From positions 32,001 to 96,000 of the forward strand of contig JAXMNT010000006.1 in the NCBI GenBank assembly GCA_034670305.1: a DNA stretch of 64,000 nt, in the 5' to 3' direction. Made by a program: the position numbers and the translations under genes. The stretch is from Deltaproteobacteria bacterium (GTDB taxonomy: Bacteria > Myxococcota_A > Polyangia > Polyangiales > Houyiibacteriaceae). Below, in pieces: positions 41,701 through 50,422 of the stretch. Position 1 is the first letter of the stretch, and each line of letters begins with the position of its first letter. The notes under the pieces were generated by a model, which did no database searches, was not told where the DNA came from, and saw only the letters and a program-made list of their open reading frames with translations.

Positions 41701-43845
41701 CGCCACCGCGTAGGCATGTCCCGGCACCCGTTCGAGGGCTTGCTCCAGGGTGCTCACGGCGTCGTCCGTGGATCCAGCCCGTGCGAGCGAGCGGGCTGCG
41801 GCGCACAGATGGGCAGCGGTCAGGTCGTCTTCTTCGGCGCGTCGCGCGAGCGCGAGGTGGGCCTTCGCGACAAGCGCGTCGTCTCCGCCCGCCGCACCCA
41901 CGAGGCGTGCTTCGTCGGGCGCCCACGCCCGCACCGCGTCCACCCCGAGCAGCGCGCCGAGGGTGGCCGCGCGCTCGCCCGCAGGTCCGAGCCCGAGTTG
42001 TTCGAAGATCCAAGTCGAACGCTCGGCCGGTTCGAGGTCGTGCGCGAGCAACTGAGTCAGCGCTTCGCTCGCATCGGCCTCTCGACCGGCGCGCAGCATG
42101 GCGTTGCACCACGCGCGCAGGATCGGTGCCGGTCGAGGGGCGCGCTGTACGGCCTTCGCGAACAGGCTGTGCGCGCGATCCATCTCTCCGAGCGAGGCGG
42201 CGATCTCCGCGCCCCGCCACGCCGCCAGACTGCGATCCTCGTCTGTCCCGAGATCGGCGCGGGCTTCGAGCGCGTCGATCCAACCGGTGGACGCCCCGGT
42301 GGCAAGCCACCACGAATCGAGCGTCGCCTCGGCGACCACCGAGTCCGGGGCGAGTTGCAGTGCTCGGCCGGCCAGGGCCAGCGCCTCGGCTTCGTGTCCT
42401 CCGGCGGCCGCCGCTTGGGCTGCGTAGTAGAGCAGCACCGCGTCGGTGGACGACCCGGCCGCAGTTGCGACAACGGCGGCCGGGGAGGGCGATCCCGTTT
42501 CGGTGGCCGCGCCGACTTCGAGTTCCGGGGTTTCCGCCGCACCGGCTTCGGTGTCGGTCGCGTCCGGGGCGTCCGGGTCGGCCGACCCGACCAAGGCGGC
42601 CGGGGGCAGCAGGTCGGCCAGCGGGTCCGCTTCGACCGCCGCTCCGAACTCGATGTCGAGACCGTCGTCGTCCTGCGAGGCCTGGCTCTCGGCCGACGCA
42701 GGCTCGGCAGGAGTCGCTTGGTCCGCGACTGCTTCGGAGGGCGCCTGTGCGGCGGCCTGGAACAGTTCGACGGCGCGCGCCACCGTTTCGCCGTCGCCGG
42801 CCCGGAAAGCGGCTTCGACGTGGAGCAAACGGAGGAGCGGATCGTCGGGCACCAGCGCGGCGGCGCGTCCGAGCAGCGACACGCCGCGGGGCGCGTCGTC
42901 CAGACGTTGCAGCGCAATGGTGGCCGCCTCCAAGAAGTACGCGCCCGCTTTGCCAGCCGCGCGGCGCTGATCGGTGAACCGGTCCACGCTGAACGCGCCC
43001 GATTCGCCGCCTCCCTGACCCCGTGCCGCAGCCGCCGCCAGATCGCCGAGTCCTTCCAAAGCGGTGACGAGGCCATCGAACCGTTCGTGCCGTCGGCCGA
43101 TGCGCTCCATCGCTTCGAAGACCCGAAACGACACGGTCTCGGAGGCGAGGGCTTGCTCGAGGATCCCAAACGCTTCGTCGACTTGGCCTTCACCACCTTC
43201 CGAGAGGTGTTCGGCGAGGTCGATCTGCAAGAGGGCCCGCCACACCGGATGGGTGGTCGAGGCGACCCGGCTGCGCATCGCCTGGGTGATGAGTTCGGTG
43301 TCGTTCGTACGTCGGGCGGCCCGCTCCAGAAAGAGCGCCGCGGCGCCCCCTCCGGGTCCATCGGTGTCTTCGACCGTCAACGCTTCCGCGAGCCGATGAC
43401 TCGCTTTGGCTCCATCCCGCTCCCGATCCTCGATGAGTGCGGCGAGGTCGGCGGCGGCGGAGGCGGCTTCGTCGGGACGGCGCGCCGCAGACTGCTCGGC
43501 GTCGTACAAGCGGGCGAGGTTCTTGAATGAACGGCGTCGCTCGAAGATCCGAATGAGATCGTAGAGGGGCGGCCGGAACCCGGGCGCGAGGTTGTAGGCG
43601 TTGAGGTAGGCCTTCACCGCGCCTGCGGCGTCGAGGGCCCGTTCGGCCAAATGCCCGATCTGCCAGCTCAGGACCGCCTTGGTGTGCCGGTCTTCCTCGG
43701 CGTCCAGTCGATCGCGGAGAATTGCGATGTGCTCATCGAGGTTTCCGCCCCCGGACGGAGGCCGAGAGGGCCGGGGGGGATCGAGAGGTGCGGACCCGGA
43801 TGGAGATGCCCCGGGTGGAGCGGGAATGGACGGGGGTTTCGCCAT
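38737..43845 (-). CDS. Giant TPR-repeat protein (1702 aa)
   Basis: Helical TPR-like repeats throughout; C-terminal domain resembles that of the downstream paralogue. Confidence 0.85.
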   Translation of the reverse strand: MAKPPSIPAPPGASPSGSAPLDPPRPSRPPSGGGNLDEHIAILRDRLDAEEDRHTKAVLSWQIGHLAERALDAAGAVKAYLNAYNLAPGFRPPLYDLIRIFERRRSFKNLARLYDAEQSAARRPDEAASAAADLAALIEDRERDGAKASHRLAEALTVEDTDGPGGGAAALFLERAARRTNDTELITQAMRSRVASTTHPVWRALLQIDLAEHLSEGGEGQVDEAFGILEQALASETVSFRVFEAMERIGRRHERFDGLVTALEGLGDLAAAAARGQGGGESGAFSVDRFTDQRRAAGKAGAYFLEAATIALQRLDDAPRGVSLLGRAAALVPDDPLLRLLHVEAAFRAGDGETVARAVELFQAAAQAPSEAVADQATPAEPASAESQASQDDDGLDIEFGAAVEADPLADLLPPAALVGSADPDAPDATDTEAGAAETPELEVGAATETGSPSPAAVVATAAGSSTDAVLLYYAAQAAAAGGHEAEALALAGRALQLAPDSVVAEATLDSWWLATGASTGWIDALEARADLGTDEDRSLAAWRGAEIAASLGEMDRAHSLFAKAVQRAPRPAPILRAWCNAMLRAGREADASEALTQLLAHDLEPAERSTWIFEQLGLGPAGERAATLGALLGVDAVRAWAPDEARLVGAAGGDDALVAKAHLALARRAEEDDLTAAHLCAAARSLARAGSTDDAVSTLEQALERVPGHAYAVALLEMLYRARGDSAAVVKLLREAAEAHGGTRAAVVELLLAGAAAEAANDVDTAKETYEQAADQAPDSPSPLRALERLARTHDDDELMLRAQEGLSARELALGETRIATLEMGEHYALLGKGALAESPLQSCLESHVGVEAALALSTLPEDGAEPAVRLIGLEKLLAVAEGADRIQLRREHGQTAEVDLLDLAAVEHAIRELAPDEVAEGEPVKDDVWAMLAALALTTDGDRTLRGEVWLRLADATSDKVASADIFLHGLRTKLVVEGNDAADDVFLLAQDLGARAPDTASARAGIEETLEPGDDPDARAASLLGVLEHASPSTQPVLRAAAGRALSAARRQQALEINRAVVEADPWDLAGWEALRTAARAAGAWEDVVRACDQLLAHLDGDAAHGLQEEAAAVLLDHLDDPAGAEPRLAAVFDENPGRPNAFHRLHDLLAERADAEALVRIVKRRIEATDEGLERLFYELARLHRSRGELDEALEAIENLVLLDEQHVGGLALAVEINVSRGSWAPAVDGLRLIAKADVPAKQKRISRLGAADFLEHKLDDPAGALVELAAVDGLGYGTVDLFVRMAGLAERTGNTAAAAAALTKAAAGAEGADKAAHARRAAELHVAAGDHTSAQAAYRSALKSTPTDLEAARALAALLPDPSSREALADEVEGTIRAMIQRDGLAADLLRGLRDVADWRGDRVFEQTVLQALQAIGAATPEESRAAEEETGIMTRAAIESIDDARLRVMMPEAVGPLAELARLLDPVLCELIDLTPTALGVGRRELVGSGPHPVRDEIGVLSRLFALPEMDTFVGGDDPGRLLAMPGKKRHAWVIGDGVRSPLHPVHRFLVAQQACALRLGFSALVRRMPSDGATMLHAVAAASDHPLAAGMDRAGLVDWTRRLHKAMPRKTRKAAATLAAQVPDGGRDVEAFCVGVRRGAMRAGALVGGDLTSIVTALIDEHPSLAVVRATADANDLIHFWISPQMIELRRSLGT

Positions 43846-43923
43846 CGAGGCCTGGGCGGAACATAGCAGCAGCCCGTGTAGGATTGAACTGCGATTCCGA
43901 TCCCGAGAATCGATGCGGTGAAG

Positions 43924-43972
43924 TGGAGCGAGGCGTGTCCCCGGACGGGGTTTGAGGCCGTGCCCCCAGGAC
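43924..43972 (-). repeat. REP/MITE-like dispersed repeat, divergent copy
   Basis: Reverse complement TCCTGGGGGCACGGCCTCAAACCCCGTCCGGGGACACGCCTCGCTC aligns to the 46352 copy TCTTGGGGCACAGCCCCCAAACCCGTCCCGGTGACACCGCTGGCTC. Confidence 0.7.
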
Positions 43973-44002
43973 CCACACGGGATGGGGCTCGGGACGTCCG
44001 GA

Positions 44003-45556
44003 CTACTGCAGCGCGGTCGTGGCGGCTTCGACGGATGCCCGAAGTGCGCCGTTCTTCAGGAGATCCTCACAAGCCGAGATGTCGACGTGCAATGTGCGGT
44101 CGCCTTCGAGGGTCGGAACCGTGCGCCGGATGGTCTGGAGCGCGGCGCGCACGCCCACGCCGCCCTGCAGTGGCTTGCGCAAGTCGAGCCCCTGAGCCGC
44201 GACCATCGCCTCGATCGCCAGCACGATCCGCACGTGGCCGACGATGCGTTCGAGTTTGCGGGCCGAGATGCTGCCCATCGAGACGTGGTCCTCTTTGCCG
44301 GCGGAGCTTGGGATCGAATCCGTGCTGGCCGGATGACACAGTCCCTTGTTCTCGCTCACCAGCGCCGCCGCGGTCACCTGGGCCATCATGAACCCCGAAT
44401 CCAGCCCGGAGCGGGTGCCCAGAAACGGCGGAAGCCCCGAACTCATCGCCGGGTTCACGAGCTGTTCGATCCGCCGTTCGGCGATGTTGGCCAGCTCGGC
44501 GCACGCCATGGCGGCGGTGTCGAGCGCGATGGCGAGCGGTTGACCGTGGAAGTTGCCGCCGCTGATGACGTCCGCGCCGGCTTCGCTGTCGTTCACGAAG
44601 ATGAGCGGGTTGTCGGTGGCCGCGACCATCTCGCGTTCGAGCACTGTGCGCGCAAACGTGAGCGCGTCGCGGCTCGCACCATGAACTTGGGGCATGCAGC
44701 GCAAGGAGTAGGGGTCTTGCACCTTCCGACAGTCGCGGTGGCCCTCCATGATGTCGGAGCCCGCGAGGATCGCTCGGAGGTTGTTTGCGCTCGCCGCCTG
44801 CCCTGGATGCGGCCGCATCTGCTGGATGCGAGGATCGAACGGCCGCGCCGATCCCTCGAGCGCGTCGAGGGACATCGCACCCACGATGTCGGCCAGCGTG
44901 CACAGGCGCTCCGCTTCGAGCACCGCCAGGCCGCCGACCCCGAGCATGAGCTGGGTGCCGTTGATGAGCGCTAGGCCTTCTTTCGCCTGCAGCGCGAGCG
45001 GTTCGAGTCCGAGCTGCCGCAGCACGTCGCCGCCCGGTTGCCGGACGCCCTTGTAGAACGCTTCCCCTTCGCCGATCAGCACCAGCGCGAGGTGCGCGAG
45101 CGGCGCGAGGTCGCCGGAGGCGCCGACGGAGCCCTGCGCAGGAATCACGGGGACCGCATCCGCATCGATCAGCTGCACGAGCCGTTCGATCACCAACGGA
45201 CGCACGCCGCTGCACCCGAGCGCCAGGACCTGCGCCCGCAGCGCCATCATCGCCCGCGCGGACTGGGTCGAGAGCGCGGGGCCCACCCCACACGCGTGGC
45301 TGCGCAGCAGGTTGTGTTGAAGCGTCCGGATCTCCTTGGCGTCGATGCGCGTCTCCGCCAGCGCCCCGAAACCGGTGTTGACCCCGTAGACGTTGGGCGC
45401 GTCGTCGCCGGCATCCGCGAGCCGCTCGACGAACGCATGCGCCGCCTCGACGTTGGACCGGGCCCCCTCACCGAAGACAAGCCGCGTCGTGCCGTTGGCG
45501 ATGCGTTCGAGCTCCTCGAGGGACCAGGCGCTGCCGAGTTCGATTTCACGAATCAT
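44003..45556 (-). CDS. hutH: Histidine ammonia-lyase
   Basis: YGVNTGFG, NLLRSHA (SH His-specificity pair), GSVGASGDLAPL (MIO), KEGLALINGT, QDPYSLRC, GGNFHG, EDHVSMG. Confidence 0.95.
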   Translation of the reverse strand: MIREIELGSAWSLEELERIANGTTRLVFGEGARSNVEAAHAFVERLADAGDDAPNVYGVNTGFGALAETRIDAKEIRTLQHNLLRSHACGVGPALSTQSARAMMALRAQVLALGCSGVRPLVIERLVQLIDADAVPVIPAQGSVGASGDLAPLAHLALVLIGEGEAFYKGVRQPGGDVLRQLGLEPLALQAKEGLALINGTQLMLGVGGLAVLEAERLCTLADIVGAMSLDALEGSARPFDPRIQQMRPHPGQAASANNLRAILAGSDIMEGHRDCRKVQDPYSLRCMPQVHGASRDALTFARTVLEREMVAATDNPLIFVNDSEAGADVISGGNFHGQPLAIALDTAAMACAELANIAERRIEQLVNPAMSSGLPPFLGTRSGLDSGFMMAQVTAAALVSENKGLCHPASTDSIPSSAGKEDHVSMGSISARKLERIVGHVRIVLAIEAMVAAQGLDLRKPLQGGVGVRAALQTIRRTVPTLEGDRTLHVDISACEDLLKNGALRASVEAATTALQ

Positions 45557-46305
45557 GTGGTTGTCCAGCCGCCGTCCATCACGAGTGTCTGGCCGGTCAC
45601 GTACGCCGCGTCGTCGCTCGCGAGGAACACGGCACCGCCGGCGATGTCGCTCGGCTGTCCGATTCGTTTGAGCGTCGTCCGGTCGACGACCATCTGTTTG
45701 ATGGTCGGGTTCGCGACGAGAGCCTGCGCAAAACGTGTCTCGATGAGGCCCGGGGCGATCGCGTTCACGCGAATGCCGGACGGCCCGAGTTCGGCACCGA
45801 GCGTCTGGGTCATGGAGATCACCGCGGCTTTGGTCATGCCGTAGGCGCCCTGCAGTGGCGCGGCCATCTGTCCGAGCACGCTGGCGACGTTGATGATCGA
45901 GCCGGGGCTCTTGCGCGCGAGCAAGTGCTCCGCGACCGCCTTGGCGCACGCGAAGTACCCCTTCACGTTCACTTCGAACGTCTTGTCCCACGCCGCCCAC
46001 TCGCAGTTGAGCATCGGTCCGAAGTAGGGGTTGGTCGCGGCGTTGTTGACCAGGATGTCGACCTGCCCGAACTGTTTCACCGCGCCTTCGACCAATGCAG
46101 TCACCTGCTCGGGTTTGCCGGTGTGGCAGGCGATCGGAAACGCGTGATCACCGATCGATTCCGCCACCGGGACGAGGCCGTCGATCTTGCGCGATGCGAG
46201 CACCACGCGCGCGCCTTCTTCGGCCAATGCGCGGGCGATGGCCTCGCCGATTCCGCGGCTCGCGCCCGTGACGATCGCAACTTTGCCTTCGAGTCTGCTT
46301 CCCAT
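45553..46305 (-). CDS. Short-chain dehydrogenase/reductase (DHRS4-like)
   Basis: [39 protein letters not shown]; stop overlaps the hutH ATG. Confidence 0.93.
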   Translation of the reverse strand: MGSRLEGKVAIVTGASRGIGEAIARALAEEGARVVLASRKIDGLVPVAESIGDHAFPIACHTGKPEQVTALVEGAVKQFGQVDILVNNAATNPYFGPMLNCEWAAWDKTFEVNVKGYFACAKAVAEHLLARKSPGSIINVASVLGQMAAPLQGAYGMTKAAVISMTQTLGAELGPSGIRVNAIAPGLIETRFAQALVANPTIKQMVVDRTTLKRIGQPSDIAGGAVFLASDDAAYVTGQTLVMDGGWTTT

Positions 46306-46351
46306 GCGCGGGACCATACTCGACCTCGTGCGGATATGAAGGAGCCGGCTG

Positions 46352-46423
46352 TTTCTTGGGGCACAGCCCCCAAACCCGTCCCGGTGACACCGCTGGCTCG
46401 GTTCGCGAGGCTCCACGCTGTCG
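46352..46423 (+). repeat. REP/MITE-like dispersed repeat, most complete copy
   Basis: TTTCTTGGGGCACAGCCCCCAAACCCGTCCCGGTGACACCGCTGGCTCGGTTCGCGAGGCTCCACGCTGTCGA; GGGG-CACAG-CCCC hairpin. Confidence 0.85.
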
Positions 46424-46468
46424 AGACGCTACTATCCACCGCTGCTCGGTCTGGTTTAGGCTCGCCGG

Positions 46469-47092
46469 ATGGCCGGCGGCGACGACGACGACGGGGGCAA
46501 ACCCCCGCACAAGACCCATCGCGGGTACCACACGCCCGGCGTCGACGACCCGAAGGACATGTTCGGGGACGAGACGGTCGTCGAACCCGAGAAGGCCCGG
46601 CTGGACGAGAGCGGGGACTTCTACATCCCGCCCGGTGCCACCCTGAAGGCGCCGCGCCCTTTGCACGACGACGTGCCGCTGGTCGAAGTCGAGGTCGTAC
46701 ACCAGGTCGGGCGCGCCCCGCGGGTGGAACAGCCCGCCGGCGTGCTCGAGGTCTGGACCCAGAACCGCATCTACACGATGGACCCCGCGCTCACGTGCAT
46801 CTCCGTGGCCAACCGCGACAGCGGCAAGACCGATGAGAGCCACCCCTTCCTCGGCTACAAGATGGTCGGCGGGCAGCACCGCGACGGAGAGTCTTTCGAG
46901 ATCTCCTACCCGTATCCGCGGCCGGGCACCGAAGCGGTGTTCGAGCACCCCGACTCTCGGCGGGGTGCGTTCTCCCGCACCTCGACGGTGACCCGCGTCG
47001 TGCTCCGACTGCACGTCGTGACGGTTTCGCAGGGCGTCCTGGTTCCGACGTGGAGCCGCATCACCAACCACGATCTCAAACTTCCCGAGTAG
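46469..47092 (+). CDS. Hypothetical protein
   Basis: 207-aa ORF; C-terminal LEVWTQNRIY...CISVANRDSG domain. Confidence 0.75.
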   Translation: MAGGDDDDGGKPPHKTHRGYHTPGVDDPKDMFGDETVVEPEKARLDESGDFYIPPGATLKAPRPLHDDVPLVEVEVVHQVGRAPRVEQPAGVLEVWTQNRIYTMDPALTCISVANRDSGKTDESHPFLGYKMVGGQHRDGESFEISYPYPRPGTEAVFEHPDSRRGAFSRTSTVTRVVLRLHVVTVSQGVLVPTWSRITNHDLKLPE

Positions 47093-47095
47093 GCC

Positions 47096-47383
47096 GTGGA
47101 TCGCGACGCGCTCAAACGCTGGCTCACCGGGCCGAGCAAGACCTGGCGCTGGAACGACGGCGACCGGGAACGGTACCGCGGGGTGGAAGTGACGGCCGAA
47201 GGGCTTCGCTGGTTCCATTGGTCGCACATGCCGGAAGACGGCGGGCCCGAAGAGGTCGCCACCCAGACCGTGGACGCGTTTCTGACCTCGGGCCCGCCCG
47301 CTGGGTTCGAGATCGATTCGGCGCGCAGCCAGGAGATATCGGAGTGGATCGCGGCGAACCTGGAGCCCACGGAGTCCGAGTGA
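47096..47383 (+). CDS. Small hypothetical protein
   Basis: 95-aa ORF tightly packed between neighbours, Trp-rich. Confidence 0.65.
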   Translation: MDRDALKRWLTGPSKTWRWNDGDRERYRGVEVTAEGLRWFHWSHMPEDGGPEEVATQTVDAFLTSGPPAGFEIDSARSQEISEWIAANLEPTESE

Positions 47384-48435
47384 CTGAAGCGGCGGTGAAA
47401 GAACCGTTGCCCGCGGACCGGTTCCTCTCCGCCGGCCGCAAGACGCATCTGCGGCTCTGGAACGTGACCGAGACCGCTCGCGAAGTACGTTACGTGCGGA
47501 CCGCAGATGGCTGGCACCTCGCGCTCTCGCGCTACGGCGACCTCGGCAAGGTGCCAGGCGCACGACGGCATCCGGTGCTGCTGGTCCATGGCCTCGGATC
47601 GAACCGTCTCGCGTTCGACCTCGCGCCGGAAGTGTCGCTCTCTGCGTTTCTGGCGCGCCTGGGGTTCGACGTCTTCGCGCTCGATCTGCGCGGCCACGGA
47701 CGCAGCGAGAAACCGCGGCTCTTTCATCCGAAGGACTGGGGCTGGAACTTCCACGACTACGCGTCCAAAGATCTCCCCGCCGCGCTCGATGGCGTGCTCG
47801 CGTGGACCGGCGCGCCCGGTGTGCACGTGGTCGGGCACAGCATGGGCGGCATCGCGCTTCACACGCGGGTGGCGAAACTCGACCCGCGCATCCGGAGCGG
47901 CACGACCCTCGGCGCATCGATCGACTACAGCGGCACCAAGACCGTCTTTCACGCACTCATCAAGTGGATCTGGGCGACCTACCTGATGCCCGCGGTGCCG
48001 CTCGGCGGGTTCACGCGTTCGATGGCGCCGCTCGCGCTCGCGTTCGACAACCCGATCGATCGGGTGAACGTCTTCCCGTCCAACGTCGATCGGCGGCTCT
48101 ACCGCCGGCTCGTCGGCACCGCGTTTCACGGCATCAGTTCTCCGGTGCTGCGAAGTCTGTCGAAAGCCTTTCGACCCGGCGGGCTGTGCGACGAGAACGG
48201 AGACGGCTACTGCGACGCGGTCCCAGGCGAGACGCCGGTGCTTGCGCTGGCCGGCACCAAGGACGTGCAGTGTGCACCCGAAGCCGCCGCCCGCCGATGC
48301 ACCGAGATGCGCGCGTTCGGCCGCGCGTTCGACCACGCAGACGACTACGGCCACTTCGATCTCATCATGGGCAAACGCGCCGCCAGCGAGACGTGGCCGG
48401 TCCTGGCCGAGTGGCTCACCGCCCACGACTCGTGA
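47380..48435 (+). CDS. Alpha/beta-hydrolase
   Basis: VLLVHGLG, DLRGHGRS, VGHSMGG nucleophile elbow, GTKD, YGHFDL. Confidence 0.9.
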   Translation: MTEAAVKEPLPADRFLSAGRKTHLRLWNVTETAREVRYVRTADGWHLALSRYGDLGKVPGARRHPVLLVHGLGSNRLAFDLAPEVSLSAFLARLGFDVFALDLRGHGRSEKPRLFHPKDWGWNFHDYASKDLPAALDGVLAWTGAPGVHVVGHSMGGIALHTRVAKLDPRIRSGTTLGASIDYSGTKTVFHALIKWIWATYLMPAVPLGGFTRSMAPLALAFDNPIDRVNVFPSNVDRRLYRRLVGTAFHGISSPVLRSLSKAFRPGGLCDENGDGYCDAVPGETPVLALAGTKDVQCAPEAAARRCTEMRAFGRAFDHADDYGHFDLIMGKRAASETWPVLAEWLTAHDS

Positions 48436-48445
48436 GTGCATCGCG

Positions 48446-48787
48446 ATGGAACTGCATCACCTGGCGCTGAGGACCCGCGACGTCGAGCGGCTCGTCGCGT
48501 TCTACCGCCGGGTGTTCGATCTCTTGGTCGTGCGCGAAGGCCCGCACGGCTGCGGCCAAAGCGTGTGGCTACAGCTCGAGCATGGGGTGCTGATGATCGA
48601 ACCCGCAGCCGAAGACGAACCGTCGATCGATCCGCAGAGCCTCGAGCTCGTCGCGTTTCGGGTCGACCTCGCGCGGCGCGCGGAGATCGAAGCGCGGGTG
48701 TCGGTCGAAGCCCGCACCGAACACACGATCTACTTCCGAGATCCCGACGGCCGCCGCCTCGCCGTGTCCACCCACCCGCTCGACTGA
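48446..48787 (+). CDS. VOC/glyoxalase family protein
   Basis: [18 protein letters not shown]...[11 protein letters not shown]. Confidence 0.88.
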   Translation: MELHHLALRTRDVERLVAFYRRVFDLLVVREGPHGCGQSVWLQLEHGVLMIEPAAEDEPSIDPQSLELVAFRVDLARRAEIEARVSVEARTEHTIYFRDPDGRRLAVSTHPLD

Positions 48788-48809
48788 GCACGGGCGCGGC
48801 GACGCAAGG

Positions 48810-48955
48810 CCGGCATCGGCATCGGCATCGGCATCGGCGTCGGCTTCGGCGTCGGCTTCGGCGTCGGCTTCGCCTTCGGCTTCGGCTTCGGCATCGGCAT
48901 CGGCATCGGCTCCGGCATCGGCATCGGCTTCGCCTTCGGCTTCGCCCTTCGGCTT
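48810..48955. repeat. (ATCGGC/TTCGGC/GTCGGC)n hexamer array
   Basis: Between the convergent VOC gene and PurA-like gene. Confidence 0.9.
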
Positions 48956-48971
48956 CACGTGTTTGCTCGGA

Positions 48972-50351
48972 TCACCCGCCAGCGGCCACTTGGCGCCGCG
49001 CCACTGCAACCCCAGAGCGTGCCCCGCGCCAACGTTTGTCGGCCGCTCGGGCCCCGTGCGAGCGGAGCGACACCGGAAGCCCGGACGCGTCTTCGACGAA
49101 GCGCAGGAGCGCTGCTTCGCTCCCGACCGAAACCGTCCCGACCCCCACCTCGTTCAGGTGCGCCGTCAGCGCACTCTGGTGGTCCAAGTCTTCGGGACCG
49201 CCCAGCGGAAGTCGGTTCCGCAGCAGTCCCTCGTACCGGTCGACCGCACGCCACGACGCGTCGACGCGATCGAGGTGTGTCACCGCCAGCGCGTCCATGG
49301 GCGCGCAGTCGAGCGCGTAGCGGAGCAACACTCCGTCGAGCCAGCCGCGCCGGAACCCGCCCTGCCACCCCGTGTCGCCGTTGTGCGGTTCCGGTGTGCG
49401 TGCGTCCAGCGCACGGCACTCGGAGGGAAACGGCCCCTCTCCGTGGCGCGTCAGGTAGCTGCGCACCACCCCGAGCCGCACCGCCTCTCGGCCCGTCCCA
49501 TCCAGCATCTCGAGCGGGCGGGCGGCGGTGCAGGTGCTCCAGGTCGTGTGCGGATGGAAGCCGCGCCACTCGTCGAGCAGCACCCCCTGCGCGCCTTCGA
49601 ACAGGATCGGGTCGGGGCCCCGTGCGATCGCCTCGAAGTAGCCGCCGTCGACCAGCGCCGGTCGGTGCATGAGCGGCGCCAGCGCTTCCACGAACCGCTC
49701 GATCATCTCTTCGTCTTCGAGCAGGGCGAGTTCCACCGCGCTGAGCGGATCGGACGCATCGAGACCCAAGCCCGCGGCGATCGCCCGGGCCCGTTCGCGG
49801 ATGACGCGAAGCTTCCGGGGAAGGGCGGCCGGTCTCCACAGATCGGCCGCATGGAGGACCGCCGCGGGCGCTTCGAGCGACGACCGCACCGTCTCTCCGA
49901 CGCCGACTCCGACGGTGCCGTGGACCGGGACGCCCGCATGTGCGCGGGCGCGCTCCCGAAGCCGCACGAGCGCGCGTTCGTAGGGTGTGGTGACGAGCGC
50001 TCGGCCGTCGATGGTCCACCGTCCGAGCGCGTCGTGCACCCCGAGCCGCGCAAGCCGCGCCGCCTCTTCGAGGAGCGCAAGCGGCTCGAGAACGAAGTGC
50101 GGTCCGTGGTGGGTTCGCACGCTCGCAAGGAAGCTGGCCGCGCCGAACTGCGCGAAGCAGTGGTGACGCCCATCGCCGTCCACGACGTTGTGCCCGGCCT
50201 GTGCGCCGCCGTTCGCGCGCACGACGTGGATGGGCTGCAGGCCGCCCTCGGCATGGGCCAAGATGTCCCGCGCCAAGAAGTCGACGGTGGTGCCCTTGCC
50301 GCAGTCGCCGAACCCCAGGTCGACGACGATCCATGTTGCGCGTTCCGACAT
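48972..50351 (-). CDS. Divergent adenylosuccinate-synthetase (PurA)-like ligase
   Basis: DLGFGDCGKG, NGGAQAGH, HGTVGVGVGE, FEGAQGVLLD, YLTRHGEGPFPSE, FRRGWLD, THLD; lacks the canonical TTGR aspartate loop; GGAG RBS. Confidence 0.88.
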   Translation of the reverse strand: MSERATWIVVDLGFGDCGKGTTVDFLARDILAHAEGGLQPIHVVRANGGAQAGHNVVDGDGRHHCFAQFGAASFLASVRTHHGPHFVLEPLALLEEAARLARLGVHDALGRWTIDGRALVTTPYERALVRLRERARAHAGVPVHGTVGVGVGETVRSSLEAPAAVLHAADLWRPAALPRKLRVIRERARAIAAGLGLDASDPLSAVELALLEDEEMIERFVEALAPLMHRPALVDGGYFEAIARGPDPILFEGAQGVLLDEWRGFHPHTTWSTCTAARPLEMLDGTGREAVRLGVVRSYLTRHGEGPFPSECRALDARTPEPHNGDTGWQGGFRRGWLDGVLLRYALDCAPMDALAVTHLDRVDASWRAVDRYEGLLRNRLPLGGPEDLDHQSALTAHLNEVGVGTVSVGSEAALLRFVEDASGLPVSLRSHGARAADKRWRGARSGVAVARRQVAAGG

Positions 50352-50422
50352 CGTTCTCCTCCTCGAACGCGTCCGCCGCGGACGGTCCAGGCCTTTGGGA
50401 CCGGCGGCGGACGGTTCTCCGA

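Noticed and set aside
33716-43530. Very long plus-strand ORFs (1691 aa and 1639 aa)
   Set aside because: Antisense shadows of the TPR genes caused by high GC3; no recognisable motifs.
48972-50351. PurZ (Z-genome, 2-aminoadenine synthesis)
   Set aside because: The catalytic-loop Asp is retained (GDCGKG) rather than the PurZ Ser, and there are no datZ/mazZ/dpoZ-like or phage genes nearby.
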